Assembly (NCBI GenBank): GCA_943788635.1
Contig: CALSRA010000039.1
Location: forward strand, 3,265-67,264
Length of the DNA stretch: 64,000 nucleotides
From: an uncultured Alphaproteobacteria bacterium
GTDB taxonomy: Bacteria; Pseudomonadota; Alphaproteobacteria; UBA8366; GCA-2717185
Reading direction: 5' to 3'
The position numbers were made by a program, and so were the translations under genes. This document shows, piece by piece, positions 29,705-41,555 of the stretch (position 1 is its first letter; each line of letters begins with the position of its first letter). The notes under the pieces are model-generated. The model saw only the letters and a program-made list of their open reading frames with translations. It made no database searches and was not told the origin of the DNA.

Positions 29705-31174
29705 ATGTTGAGACGATTACAGAACAGCGGCACAACCAAAGATGAACCCGACGATCAGGCGGACGAGCAGGTCCGTCAGACGGCTGGACAGTTTTTGAAC
29801 GAGAAGCGCGCTGAATTCGGATATGACCTGCGTCACGTCTCAGAACAGTTGCGTATCCGTCATGTTTACCTTGTCGCGATCGAAGAAGAGCGCCTGGATG
29901 ACTTGCCCGGTGCGACCTATGCGGTCGGTTTCGTGCGCGCCTATGCCGAATTTCTGGGGCTGAACGGCCCGGAGATCGTTGAGCGCTTCAAGGAAGAAAC
30001 CGAAGAGCTCGCCAAATCAGCACATCTTGTGTTTCCGTCGCCACAGTCCGAAGGAAAGATCCCGAGCGGCGTAATCCTGCTGATGTCGGTTATCGTCATG
30101 GCGCTGGTTTATGGCGGCTGGGTTTTTCTGTCATCGAAGGATCGGCCGATTGCCGAACTGGTCCCGGCGCTGCCCGAAAGTTTCCTGGAATTGATTGGTC
30201 AGGGCAAAGATGCGACCGAATCGAGATCAGAGGCGGAACCGGCGCAGTCGCCAAGCCCGGTGACGCAAAATCAGCCGGCGTCCAATACGCCCGTATCGAT
30301 GCCGGCGGCGCCTGCACCGCAGCCTGAAATGCCGGCTGTTACACCCGCGCCGCTGAAGCCGGTGACTGTCGATACTTCGCCCGCTCCGGTTCCTCCCGTG
30401 ACGGCACAGGAACCAACGCAACCGCCCGTGATATCGGCAGAACCTGAAACGCCAGCCGTTGCGGCCGCAGAGCAGGTCGCGACGATTACAGACAACGCGC
30501 AGAGCGTCAATGAAGCCGCCGAAACGGCCGTCGGGAACGCGGCGCCGCTGGTATCAGCGTCCGTCCCTGCACAGCCTGAAGAGCCTATCACACAAACCCT
30601 GGAATCTTCCGTACCCGCAGCCGCCGAAATGGCCCGGGCATCATCCGATGCGGCGGTAATAGACGTGCCGGACAGTGCGTCTGAAACTGCGGAAACAACG
30701 GTCGCTTCAACGTTACCCAGTGCTCCTGCGGAGACGGCAGTTCCGGCCACGGCGATATCGGATGGTTCGCCGCCGGTTACAGCGGATTCGGATAATGATT
30801 CCGCGCAGGCGGACGGAAACGTCATGGCTGCTTTGCCAGGGCCGCCGGCGCCGCCGGCAATCGGCGCCGACAGCCCGCGCGTCTACGGTACCGAAAACGC
30901 CGATTCCCGCGTTGTCCTGCGGGCGTCGGAAGACGTATGGGTGCAGGTGAGAGACGAAGCAGGTAATCTGCTGCTGACGCGCCTGTTGCGCAAGGGCGAT
31001 GCCTATCGTGCGCCGAACGATTCCGGTCTTATCATGCGGACGGGAAATGCCGGTGGACTGGAAATTCTCGTCGATGGCGCGGTCATTCCGCGTATCGGGT
31101 CGAAGGGGATCGTTCTGAACGATGTAGCGCTTGACGCCGATTTGCTGAAAGCCGGTACGGCGACATCGCGATAG
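29705..31174 (+). CDS. rodZ: Cytoskeleton protein RodZ (HTH, TM, Pro/Ala linker, DUF4115)
   Basis: 'LRIRHVYLVAIEE...LPGATYAVGFVRAYAEFLGL', one TM helix, C-terminal 'WVQVRD...TGNAGGL'. Confidence 0.9.
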   Translation: MLRRLQNSGTTKDEPDDQADEQVRQTAGQFLNEKRAEFGYDLRHVSEQLRIRHVYLVAIEEERLDDLPGATYAVGFVRAYAEFLGLNGPEIVERFKEETEELAKSAHLVFPSPQSEGKIPSGVILLMSVIVMALVYGGWVFLSSKDRPIAELVPALPESFLELIGQGKDATESRSEAEPAQSPSPVTQNQPASNTPVSMPAAPAPQPEMPAVTPAPLKPVTVDTSPAPVPPVTAQEPTQPPVISAEPETPAVAAAEQVATITDNAQSVNEAAETAVGNAAPLVSASVPAQPEEPITQTLESSVPAAAEMARASSDAAVIDVPDSASETAETTVASTLPSAPAETAVPATAISDGSPPVTADSDNDSAQADGNVMAALPGPPAPPAIGADSPRVYGTENADSRVVLRASEDVWVQVRDEAGNLLLTRLLRKGDAYRAPNDSGLIMRTGNAGGLEILVDGAVIPRIGSKGIVLNDVALDADLLKAGTATSR

Positions 31175-31272
31175 TGCGATTCCGGAACAGATTGATCCGG
31201 CCCTTGATATTTCCGGGATGTGCGAGCACATTCGCCGCCACCTTTTAAACAAGACACTGACGGCATTTTCTC

Positions 31273-32517
31273 ATGGCTCAGCTACAGCCCGTTCGCGGCA
31301 CGCACGATCTTCTGCCTGAACAGACACGCGCACATCGTCGGGTCACCGACTGCGCGCGTGATGTCGCGCTGTGTTACGGGTTTGAGGAGGTGTCGACACC
31401 CATCTTCGAATTCAGCCAGGTATTCAAGCGGACACTGGGCGACACATCGGACATCGTCACGAAGGAAATGTATACCTTCACCGACAAGGGCGGCGACGAG
31501 GTTACGCTGAGGCCGGAGAATACGGCCGGGATCGCGCGTAGTTTCATTTCCGAAGGGCTGGCGCAGCTGACGCCGCTCAAGGTTTTCTACAATGGCCCGA
31601 TGTTCCGCTACGAACGGCCGCAAAAGGGCCGCCTGCGCCAGTTCCACCAGATTGGTGTTGAACTGATCGGTGTCGCGCAGCCCCAGGCGGATATCGAGGT
31701 CATTGCCTGCGGCGCGCGGGTGCTGGCCGAACTGGGGGTCATCGAATTGGCGACCCTGGAGTTGAATACCCTTGGCGATACGGAAAGCCGCACCGCATAC
31801 CGCACGGCGCTGGTTGATTATTTCAGCCAGTACGAAGCAGACCTGTCGGCGGATAGCAAGGAACGGCTGGTGCGCAACCCGCTGCGAATTCTTGATTCAA
31901 AGAATGAGGGTGATCGCAAGATTATTGCCGATGCGCCCGTCTTTACCGACTTCCTGAACACGCTGAGTCAGGACCATTTTGCCGCTGTCCGGGAAGGTCT
32001 GGACGCGCTGGGTATCGTCTATACGCTTAACCCACGGCTGGTGCGCGGGCTTGATTATTACTGCCATACCGCTTTCGAATTCACCACCAATGCGCTGGGC
32101 GCGCAGGGTGCGCTGATCGCGGGCGGACGCTATGACGGGCTGATCGGCATGATGGGTGGCAACGAAACGCCAGGTGTCGGCTGGGCCGGGGGTATCGAGC
32201 GGCTGGCATTGCTGGGTGGCGATGCGCCTGCTGCACCGCGGCCGATTGCGGTGGTGCCGGTTGGCGAGGAGCCGCAAAAAATTGCGCTCGAATTGTCGGA
32301 AACCCTGCGTCGCGAAGGGTTCCGCATCGATCTGGCCTATAGCGGTAATCTGAGCCGTCGCATGAAAAGGGCAAACCGGCTGAATGTTCTCGCCGCCGTC
32401 ATCATCGGCGAGGATGAAATGGCACGCAACGCCGCGACCGTGCGTCACATGGATACGGGCGAGCAGGAAGAGGTCCCGCTGGCCTCCCTCCCGGAATACC
32501 TCGCCCGCCACCGTTAG
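31273..32517 (+). CDS. hisS: Histidine--tRNA ligase
   Basis: 'VRGTHD', 'LRPENTA', 'FRYERPQKGRLRQFHQ', 'LVRGLDYY', 'GGRYDGL'. Confidence 0.97.
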   Translation: MAQLQPVRGTHDLLPEQTRAHRRVTDCARDVALCYGFEEVSTPIFEFSQVFKRTLGDTSDIVTKEMYTFTDKGGDEVTLRPENTAGIARSFISEGLAQLTPLKVFYNGPMFRYERPQKGRLRQFHQIGVELIGVAQPQADIEVIACGARVLAELGVIELATLELNTLGDTESRTAYRTALVDYFSQYEADLSADSKERLVRNPLRILDSKNEGDRKIIADAPVFTDFLNTLSQDHFAAVREGLDALGIVYTLNPRLVRGLDYYCHTAFEFTTNALGAQGALIAGGRYDGLIGMMGGNETPGVGWAGGIERLALLGGDAPAAPRPIAVVPVGEEPQKIALELSETLRREGFRIDLAYSGNLSRRMKRANRLNVLAAVIIGEDEMARNAATVRHMDTGEQEEVPLASLPEYLARHR

Positions 32518-32524
32518 CGAAGCC

Positions 32525-33799
32525 ATGCCGGCGGATTCGCGGGCAGTGCCATTCGTTGCCGGGGCGAACCATCGCTCCAGCACCGTCGCGTTGCGCGACC
32601 GCCTGTTCATCGATGAATCGAAAGCGCCGCTGGTCCTCGAACAGATTGCGGCGGCGGGAATAGAGCAAGCGGTAATCATGTCGACCTGCGACCGGGTTGA
32701 AATCCAGGCCGTGGTGACGGACCCCCGGCAGGCGGAACGGGTCGTGCGGGGATTGTTTGCCCGCAACGCAGGCGTGGCGGAAAGCGAAATCGCAGACCAG
32801 GTTTATTGCCTGGACGGCGATGCGGCCCTGCGGCATCTGTTTGCGGTGGCGGCATCCCTGGACAGCCAGACCGTCGGCGAGCCGCAGGTATTGGGGCAAT
32901 TTCGCGAAGGGCATCGGTTTTCGCAGGCGCATGGCATGGTCGGTGCGGCGCTGGATGCGGTCTTCCAGGCGGCGTATGCGGCGGCAAAAAGAGTGCGGAC
33001 AGAAACCGAAATCGGCCATCGCCCGGTATCGATTGCCGCCGCTGCGGGGCGTATCGCGCGGGATGTGCAGGGTGATCTTTCGTCTTCGACGGTGCTGATT
33101 GTCGGTCTTGGCGATATGGCTGACATTATCGTCGACCAGTTCCGCGCCATGGGCGTCACCCGGATTCTGCAAAGTGGCCCATCGCGTCGGACGGAAGCCG
33201 CAGTGCGCCGCAGCGGATTTCATTTCATTCCCTTTGATGCGCTGGACAGTTCACTGCAGGAAGCGGAAGTCATCGTAACTTCAGCCGGGACCGGCCGGTT
33301 TCTTGTGGGTCCCGAAGCGATGTATCAGGCGCTGCGGCAGCGGCGGTATCGGCCCGTGCTGCTGATCGACGCCGGGGTGCCGGGTGATATCGACCCGGCA
33401 ACAGGCGAGTTGGACGGTGCCTTCCTGTATACGCTCGATGATCTGGAACGGGTGGCCATGGAGGGACGGTCGACGCGGACCGAGGCGTCGGGAGCCGCAT
33501 GGGATATCATTGATCAGGAAGTCGAGGCCTGGCGACGAGCACATGCCAGCCGTGACGCGGTTCCCGCAATTGTGGCGCTGCGAACGCGGTTCGAGGCGTT
33601 GCAGGCGGAAATCCTGCAGGCGTCGCCGGATGCCGATGCCGCCGAAGTGTCACGGCGATTGATTAACCGGTTGCTGCACGAACCCAGCAATGCCATACGC
33701 GATATCGCCGCCGACGGGGACAAGAGTATGGATATGGAGATGGCGGACCGACTGCTGCGGCAGCTCTTCCGCCTGGGCGATGATGGAAAGCAGGACTGA
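32525..33799 (+). CDS. hemA: Glutamyl-tRNA reductase (C5 ALA pathway)
   Basis: 'GANHRSS..ALRDRL', catalytic 'STCDRVE', 'HLFAVAASLDSQTVGEPQVLGQ', 'AKRVRTET.I', 'GLGDMA', 'LLHEP'. Confidence 0.9.
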   Translation: MPADSRAVPFVAGANHRSSTVALRDRLFIDESKAPLVLEQIAAAGIEQAVIMSTCDRVEIQAVVTDPRQAERVVRGLFARNAGVAESEIADQVYCLDGDAALRHLFAVAASLDSQTVGEPQVLGQFREGHRFSQAHGMVGAALDAVFQAAYAAAKRVRTETEIGHRPVSIAAAAGRIARDVQGDLSSSTVLIVGLGDMADIIVDQFRAMGVTRILQSGPSRRTEAAVRRSGFHFIPFDALDSSLQEAEVIVTSAGTGRFLVGPEAMYQALRQRRYRPVLLIDAGVPGDIDPATGELDGAFLYTLDDLERVAMEGRSTRTEASGAAWDIIDQEVEAWRRAHASRDAVPAIVALRTRFEALQAEILQASPDADAAEVSRRLINRLLHEPSNAIRDIAADGDKSMDMEMADRLLRQLFRLGDDGKQD

Positions 33800-34861
33800 A
33801 TGAGCGAAAACGAAAAATATGCGAGCCTTGTTGCGCGGCAGGAAGAGCTGACGGCGTTGATGTCTGCGGGCGACCTGGGGCCGGATGACTACACCCGGCT
33901 TTCCCGCGAATACGCGGAACTGTCGCCTGTCGTCGAAAAAATCAAGGAACTCGAATCGGCTCGGTCCGAACTGGCGGATCTGCAGGAGCTGGCGGACGAC
34001 CCGGAAATGCGCGACATGGCGGAAACGGAATCCCGGGCGTTGCGGGAACGGCTTCCGGATATGGAACAGGACCTGCGGGTATTGCTGCTGCCCAAGGATG
34101 CGGCTGACGAGAAGAATGCGATTCTGGAAGTGCGCGCCGGGACCGGCGGGGATGAGGCGTCGCTGTTCGCGGCGGAACTGTTCCGCATGTACCAGCGTTA
34201 CGCTGATCTTCAGGGCTGGCGGTTCGAGGTGATGAGCGTCAGCGACAATGAACTGGGCGGCTACAAGGAAGCTTCTGCGCTGATTTCCGGGGCGGGCGTC
34301 TTTGCCCGGCTGAAATTTGAATCCGGCGTTCACCGGGTGCAGCGCGTGCCGTCAACGGAAGCCGGTGGCCGGATTCATACCTCGGCGGCGACTGTCGCGG
34401 TGCTGCCCGAAGCCGAAGAGGTCGATATACACCTTGAAGACAAGGACCTGCGCGTTGATATCTTTCGCGCCAGCGGCCCGGGCGGGCAGTCGGTCAACAC
34501 GACAGACAGTGCCGTACGGATAACCCATTTGCCGACCGGCATCGTTGTTTCGCAGCAGGATGAAAAGTCGCAGCACAAAAACCGGGCGAAGGCGATGAAG
34601 ATCCTGATGGCGCGGATATACGATCACGAACGCGCGTTGCTTGATGCCGAGCGGGCGGCAGACCGGCGCAGTCAGGTTGGCAGTGGCGACCGGTCCGAAC
34701 GTATCCGCACCTATAATTTTCCGCAGGGCCGCGTGACCGACCACCGGATCAACCTCACCCTGTACAAGGTCGATAAGGTTGTCACGGGGGAGGCGCTGGA
34801 CGAAATAATCGATCCTCTGATCGCCGATGACCAGGCGGCGCGGCTGGCCAGCCTGGAATGA
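33800..34861 (+). CDS. prfA: Peptide chain release factor 1
   Basis: '[11 protein letters not shown]' (PxT motif), 'SGPGGQSVN', 'RIRTYNFPQ'. Confidence 0.97.
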   Translation: MSENEKYASLVARQEELTALMSAGDLGPDDYTRLSREYAELSPVVEKIKELESARSELADLQELADDPEMRDMAETESRALRERLPDMEQDLRVLLLPKDAADEKNAILEVRAGTGGDEASLFAAELFRMYQRYADLQGWRFEVMSVSDNELGGYKEASALISGAGVFARLKFESGVHRVQRVPSTEAGGRIHTSAATVAVLPEAEEVDIHLEDKDLRVDIFRASGPGGQSVNTTDSAVRITHLPTGIVVSQQDEKSQHKNRAKAMKILMARIYDHERALLDAERAADRRSQVGSGDRSERIRTYNFPQGRVTDHRINLTLYKVDKVVTGEALDEIIDPLIADDQAARLASLE

Positions 34862-35727
34862 TGGATATCCGCACCGGTCTGGCGCTTGGCGCCGAAAGGC
34901 TGACCGCTGCCGGAATACCCAATGCCAGAGCGGAGGCGCGATTGCTGCTGGGGCATGCGGCCGGATTGACCCTGGAAACGATGATCGGATATCCCGAACG
35001 CCCGATAGAGGACGAAACCGCCTACCTGCATCTGGTGGCGCGCCGCGTGGCGCGCGAACCATTGTCGCACCTGACCGGACGGCGCGAATTCTGGAGCATG
35101 GAGTTCACGGTGACGCCCGATACGCTCGACCCGCGTCCCGATACGGAAGCGCTGGTTGAAGCGGTATTGGCGCGGACCCCGGACAAGACGGTGGCATTGA
35201 AGATCCTCGATCTCGGGACCGGTACGGGGTGTGTGCTTGCGGCGCTGTTGTCGCAGTTGCCCGGGGCTTTCGGCATCGCCGTGGACCGTAGTCCGGCAAC
35301 GGCACGGGTCGCCGCGCAGAACCTTGCGGCTTCGGGGTTTGCTGGCCGATCTGCCGTAATCGTTGGCGATTGGGCGGATTCTTTAAAAGGTGGCTTCAAT
35401 ATTGTCGTTTCAAACCCACCCTATATCCCGAGTGGTGAAATCGACGGGCTGGAACCGGAAGTTGCGACCTGGGAACCGCGCCTGGCGCTGGATGGCGGTC
35501 CGGACGGCCTGGATGCATTGCGAATGATAGCAGCGGACCTGCGGCGATTGTTGCGTCCGGACGGATTCGCAGCGCTGGAATTTGGTTATGGGCAGGGCGA
35601 GGCGGTTGCGGTGCTGACAATGGCCGCCGGCCTGAAGGTTCATGAACGCTGCGCCGATCTGGCGGGGCGTGAACGCTGCCTGGTTTGCGGTCCGGAGGCC
35701 GCGCCGTCAGATAATGTAAAAGAATAA
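34858..35727 (+). CDS. prmC: Release factor glutamine methyltransferase
   Basis: 'PRPDTE', 'LDLGTGTG', 'VSNPPYI', 'ALDGGPDGL'; overlaps the prfA stop. Confidence 0.95.
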   Translation: MMDIRTGLALGAERLTAAGIPNARAEARLLLGHAAGLTLETMIGYPERPIEDETAYLHLVARRVAREPLSHLTGRREFWSMEFTVTPDTLDPRPDTEALVEAVLARTPDKTVALKILDLGTGTGCVLAALLSQLPGAFGIAVDRSPATARVAAQNLAASGFAGRSAVIVGDWADSLKGGFNIVVSNPPYIPSGEIDGLEPEVATWEPRLALDGGPDGLDALRMIAADLRRLLRPDGFAALEFGYGQGEAVAVLTMAAGLKVHERCADLAGRERCLVCGPEAAPSDNVKE

Positions 35728-35818
35728 GTATTCAGCGGGTCTTTGCTGCATTTAAAATCTGTTGTGTCTATACTTGAGAAAGTGACAGTTCCTGAGTTTA
35801 AGGGTTCGTTACGATTTT

Positions 35819-35833
35819 GCGGCATAGTGTCGC
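35819..35833. promoter_or_regulatory. RegA/RegR/PrrA-type binding box upstream of the cox operon
   Basis: GCGGC-ATAGT-GTCGC is an exact match to the GCGGC-N5-GTCGC RegR box. Confidence 0.55.
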
Positions 35834-35921
35834 GCCGACTACTTGGTACGACGTAGATGCGGTAATAGTGCGACGAATTGGCTTAATTGGTTGTCTGGCG
35901 TGCTGGTTGCCGTCGTGGTGC

Positions 35922-35949
35922 TTGATATGGCGTCATTGCCGGGTAGTAT
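35922..35949 (+). promoter_or_regulatory. Putative sigma70 promoter of the cox operon
   Basis: TTGATA-N16-TAGTAT about 90 nt upstream of the likely coxB start. Confidence 0.4.
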
Positions 35950-36039
35950 GCGCCACTGTGGAAGCGTTTCCGTGGAACTATCGGATTTAGATCCGATACA
36001 GGGATGGGGGAGTTTCCGTTTGGGATGGAGGGAGCAATC

Positions 36040-36897
36040 GTGAGATCACGACTTGCCGCGATTGCGGCGGCTTTTGTTGGTGCTGCGGGTACCGCATTGT
36101 ACGGCGGCATCGCCTTGGCGTCGGAACCGCGTGACTGGCAGCTGGGTCTGCAGGCGCCGGCATCGACGACCATGGAACGTATTGATGTGTTCCATGACGC
36201 GCTGACGTGGATAGCGACAATCATTTCGCTGTTCGTGATGGTGCTGCTGTTGTGGGTCATTTTCCGGTACAACGAGAAGGCCAACCCGACCCCGTCGAAA
36301 ACAACGCATCATGCGTTGCTCGAAGTTGCGTGGACAATCGTACCGGTCATCATTCTGGTGCTGATCGCCATTCCGTCTTTCAATCTGTTGTATTACGCGG
36401 ATCGCGTTGAGGATCCGGATATGACGCTGAAAATCACGGGGCATCAGTGGTACTGGTCCTATGAATACCCCGATCACGGCGGATTTGGCTTTGATGCGAC
36501 CATGGTCACCGACGAAGACATCGCGGCGAACCCGAAGCTGAAACGGCTTATGGATACCGACAATCGGGTCATCCTGCCGGCAGGCAAGAAGATTCAGTTG
36601 CTCATGACTTCCGATGATGTGCTCCATAACTGGGGGATCACGTCGCTTGGCGTCAAACTGGACACGGTGCCCGGGCGGTTGAACGAGACCTGGGTGCAGA
36701 TCAATGAGCCTGGTGTCTATTACGGTTTCTGCTCCGAACTTTGTGGCACGAACCATTCCTATATGCCGATTGCTATTCAGGCGGTGACGCCGGAAGAATT
36801 CGACAAATGGGTCGAGGAAGCGAAAGTGAAATTCGCGAAATCGGATGATGGTGCGTCGCCGACCGTAAAGGTCGCGAACAACAGCACCGCAGACTGA
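36040..36897 (+). CDS. coxB: Cytochrome c oxidase subunit II
   Basis: 'GHQWYWSYEY', CuA ligands 'DVLH' and 'CSELCGTNHSYM'; GTG start after GGAG. Confidence 0.95.
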   Translation: MRSRLAAIAAAFVGAAGTALYGGIALASEPRDWQLGLQAPASTTMERIDVFHDALTWIATIISLFVMVLLLWVIFRYNEKANPTPSKTTHHALLEVAWTIVPVIILVLIAIPSFNLLYYADRVEDPDMTLKITGHQWYWSYEYPDHGGFGFDATMVTDEDIAANPKLKRLMDTDNRVILPAGKKIQLLMTSDDVLHNWGITSLGVKLDTVPGRLNETWVQINEPGVYYGFCSELCGTNHSYMPIAIQAVTPEEFDKWVEEAKVKFAKSDDGASPTVKVANNSTAD

Positions 36898-36906
36898 AGC
36901 GTTTAG

Positions 36907-38508
<1,602 letters not shown>

Positions 38509-38542
38509 CCCCGGCGGGCTGGATTTGAGGGAGCGTTAAAAG

Positions 38543-39451
38543 GTGAGTGACACAGCAATCCGCGCAGGCGAATTGGAACTGTCCGAGGCCGGGCCGGGCG
38601 ATTACTTCGCCCTGCTCAAGCCACGGGTGGTATCGCTTGTCGTCTTTACCGGCGTGGCGGGGGTCATTGTTGCGCCGGGATCGATCCATCCTCTGATCGC
38701 TGTCGTGGCGCTGCTGTGCATTGCTGTCGGTGCCGGTGCGGCCGGTGCCATTAACATGTGGTATGACCGCGATATCGATACGGTTATGACGCGGACCCAG
38801 GGGCGTCCGATTCCCACAGGGAAAATTGCGCCGGGCGATGCGCTGGGCTTTGGTGTCGTGCTTGCTGTCGGCTCAGTGGCAGTGATGGGGTTGGCCGTCA
38901 ATTTTGCCGCGGCCGGGCTGTTGGCGGTTTCGATCCTGTTTTACGTCTTCGTCTATACAATCTGGCTGAAGCGCCGGACGCCGCAGAATATTGTTATTGG
39001 CGGCGCTGCCGGTGCGTTTCCGCCAATGATCGGCTGGGCTGCCGTATCCGGGTCTGTCAGTGTCGAATCGCTGTTGCTGTTCGCGCTGATCTTTTTCTGG
39101 ACGCCGCCGCATTTCTGGGCGTTGGCGCTGTACCGGCGTGGTGATTATGAAAAGGCCGGCATACCGATGCTGCCCGTTGTCGCCGGCGAGGCCGAGACCA
39201 AAAAGCAGATGTTGCTTTATACGGTATTGTTATTGCCGATTGCGATTGCGCCGGCATGGTTTGGAATTGTTGGCTGGATATATGGCGGTGTCGCCCTTGT
39301 GCTCGGGCTGGTGTTTCTGGCGGCAGCGATTGCCGTGTGTTTCGACGCAACCCATCGTTCGGCAAAACGTATGTTCGGTTATTCCATTTTCTATCTGTTT
39401 GCCCTGTTCGCGACGATGATGTTCGATTTACCCGCAGGAACGGTCGGGTAA
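38543..39451 (+). CDS. cyoE: Protoheme IX farnesyltransferase (heme O synthase)
   Basis: 'LLKPRV', 'NMWYDRDID..M.RT..RP', 'KRRTPQNIVIGG', 'WTPPHFW'. Confidence 0.95.
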   Translation: MSDTAIRAGELELSEAGPGDYFALLKPRVVSLVVFTGVAGVIVAPGSIHPLIAVVALLCIAVGAGAAGAINMWYDRDIDTVMTRTQGRPIPTGKIAPGDALGFGVVLAVGSVAVMGLAVNFAAAGLLAVSILFYVFVYTIWLKRRTPQNIVIGGAAGAFPPMIGWAAVSGSVSVESLLLFALIFFWTPPHFWALALYRRGDYEKAGIPMLPVVAGEAETKKQMLLYTVLLLPIAIAPAWFGIVGWIYGGVALVLGLVFLAAAIAVCFDATHRSAKRMFGYSIFYLFALFATMMFDLPAGTVG

Positions 39452-39456
39452 GGCGC

Positions 39457-39636
39457 ATGAATAATAGTACTGACGCAATTTCGACGGATGCCATGGCAGA
39501 AGACGAAGATAAAAACAGCGAACAGAACCTGCGGCGCCGACGCCTGCGGTCAAAGAACCTGACCATGCTATTCGTGCTCGGCGGGTTGGCGGTGCTGTTC
39601 TATGTCGTCGCAATCGTTCGCATGGGCGGTGGCTGA
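39457..39636 (+). CDS. Small membrane protein of the cox cluster (CoxF-like)
   Basis: 'RRRRLRSKN' followed by a TM helix; lies between cyoE and ctaG. Confidence 0.7.
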   Translation: MNNSTDAISTDAMAEDEDKNSEQNLRRRRLRSKNLTMLFVLGGLAVLFYVVAIVRMGGG

Positions 39637-39640
39637 CATC

Positions 39641-40240
39641 ATGTTTAATCGCAAGGATGCCCGGAACCGGAATACCATGTTCGCCTGCGTGACAGTCGTT
39701 GCAGGCATGGTCGGGTTGTCTTTCGCTTCCGTGCCGCTTTACGATCTGTTCTGCCGTGTCACGGGATATGGCGGTACGACCCAAGTTGCGGCGGAAGCCA
39801 GTGATACTGTGTCTGCCCGGACAGTCCGGGTTCGTTTCGACAGTTCGGTGAATTCGCATCTGGGGTGGCGTTTTGAACCCTTGCAACGCGAAATGACACT
39901 GCGGTTGGGCGAAACGGCCGTTGCCTATTACAGGGCGACAAACCTGGAATCGACGGTCAATACGGGAACGGCAACCTTCAATGTTACGCCACAGAAGGTG
40001 GGCCTGTATTTTTCAAAAATCGAATGTTTCTGTTTCACCGAACAGCAACTTGATCCAGGCCAGTCGGTGGATATGCCGGTTACATTTTACGTAGACCCTG
40101 AAATGGATACTGAACCGAATCTGGACGAAGTGAAAACAATAACCCTGTCCTACACATTTTTCCGTGCGGAACAGGACGAGCCGCAAGCGAAAACGGCGCT
40201 TGTGGGTCACCCGGCGAAAAAGCCGGCAGGACTGAATTAG
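39641..40240 (+). CDS. ctaG: Cytochrome c oxidase assembly protein CtaG/Cox11
   Basis: 'VPLYDLFCRVTGYGGT', Cu motif 'ECFCF', 'ITLSYTFF'. Confidence 0.95.
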   Translation: MFNRKDARNRNTMFACVTVVAGMVGLSFASVPLYDLFCRVTGYGGTTQVAAEASDTVSARTVRVRFDSSVNSHLGWRFEPLQREMTLRLGETAVAYYRATNLESTVNTGTATFNVTPQKVGLYFSKIECFCFTEQQLDPGQSVDMPVTFYVDPEMDTEPNLDEVKTITLSYTFFRAEQDEPQAKTALVGHPAKKPAGLN

Positions 40241-40291
40241 CCGGCACTTGCGCCGGGACGACAGATTGAACCAGAGCGAGTGAGAACGGAT

Positions 40292-41140
40292 ATGAGCGCC
40301 GAAGAACACGCACAAACCCACGACTACCACCTTGTTGACCCGAGCCCCTGGCCGGTTGTCGGCACGATAGCCGCCGGCAGCCTGTTCTTTGGGCTGGTCC
40401 TGTTCATGCACCCGGATTTCTTCGGTGCTGGAATGGAACCGATGATGGAAAAGACCGGCCTCTGGAAAATTGCGCCGGGGATGATCCTGCTTGTCCTGAC
40501 CGGCTGGTTCTGGTGGCGCGATATCATTCGTGAAGCCGAACATGAAGGGCATCACAAGCCGGTTGTCCAGCTGGGCATGCGCTATGGCATGTCGCTGTTC
40601 ATCTGCTCCGAAGTGATGTTCTTTGCCGCGTTCTTCTGGGCCTTTTTCGACGCTTCACTGGCGCCGAAAGAACTGCCCTATGAAGTCGCGGGCGGGGTAT
40701 GGCCGCCGGAAGGTATCCAGACCTTCGACGCCTTTGATCTGCCTTTCATGAATACGCTGATCCTGCTGTTGTCCGGTGTAACCGTAACATGGGCACATCA
40801 CGCGTTGATCGAAGGTGACCGCAAGGGTCTGATGCGCGGCCTTGGGCTTACCATTATCCTGGGGCTCGCCTTTACCGCGCTGCAGGCATACGAATACAGC
40901 CATGCCGCATTTGGCATTACCAGCGGTATTTACGGATCGACATTCTACATGGCGACCGGCTTCCATGGTTTCCATGTCATCGTCGGAACGGGCTTCCTGA
41001 TCGTTTGCTTCTTCCGCGCCCGCGCGGGCCATTTCAAGCCCGACCATCATTTTGGGTTTGAAGCGGCAGCCTGGTACTGGCACTTCGTCGACGTTGTCTG
41101 GTTGTTCCTGTTCATCTGCGTTTACTGGTGGGGCGGCTGA
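40292..41140 (+). CDS. coxC: Cytochrome c oxidase subunit III
   Basis: 'YHLVDPSPWP', 'SEVMFF', 'TGFHGFHV', 'WYWHFVDVVW'. Confidence 0.97.
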   Translation: MSAEEHAQTHDYHLVDPSPWPVVGTIAAGSLFFGLVLFMHPDFFGAGMEPMMEKTGLWKIAPGMILLVLTGWFWWRDIIREAEHEGHHKPVVQLGMRYGMSLFICSEVMFFAAFFWAFFDASLAPKELPYEVAGGVWPPEGIQTFDAFDLPFMNTLILLLSGVTVTWAHHALIEGDRKGLMRGLGLTIILGLAFTALQAYEYSHAAFGITSGIYGSTFYMATGFHGFHVIVGTGFLIVCFFRARAGHFKPDHHFGFEAAAWYWHFVDVVWLFLFICVYWWGG

Positions 41141-41150
41141 TAACGACTTT

Positions 41151-41528
41151 ATGGCAGAAACTTTCCCGCCACAGTCGCCCTTTGCAACCGGGCTCCGGTG
41201 CCGGTGTCCGCGTTGCGGTACGGGGCGACTGTTTGACGGCTATTTGAAAATTGCTGCTACTTGCGAATATTGTGATCTTGACCTGAAGGCTTCCGATAGC
41301 GGTGATGGTCCGGCCGTTTTCGTAATATTTATCATCGGACCGATCATTACCGGCCTGGCCTTGTGGGTCGAAACCGCTTTCGGGCCGCCTTTGTGGCTAC
41401 ACGCGGTTTTATGGATTCCGGCTATTCTTGGCGGCGCGATGTTGCTGCTGCGACCATTCAAGGCCGTTCTGATTGCCTTGCAGTATCGTCACAGGTCTGG
41501 CGACACCGGTTCCAAAACCTTCGATTGA
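41151..41528 (+). CDS. DUF983 family membrane protein
   Basis: 'CPRCGTGRLF', 'CEYC', 'DSGDGPA', 'KAVLIALQYR'. Confidence 0.88.
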   Translation: MAETFPPQSPFATGLRCRCPRCGTGRLFDGYLKIAATCEYCDLDLKASDSGDGPAVFVIFIIGPIITGLALWVETAFGPPLWLHAVLWIPAILGGAMLLLRPFKAVLIALQYRHRSGDTGSKTFD

Positions 41529-41555
41529 CTTCACATACGGAAAGCCGAAATACCG

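Noticed and set aside
35922-35935. FNR/FixK box upstream of coxB
   Set aside because: Only the TTGAT half matches; the second half at N4 spacing is CGTCA, so it is better read as a -35.
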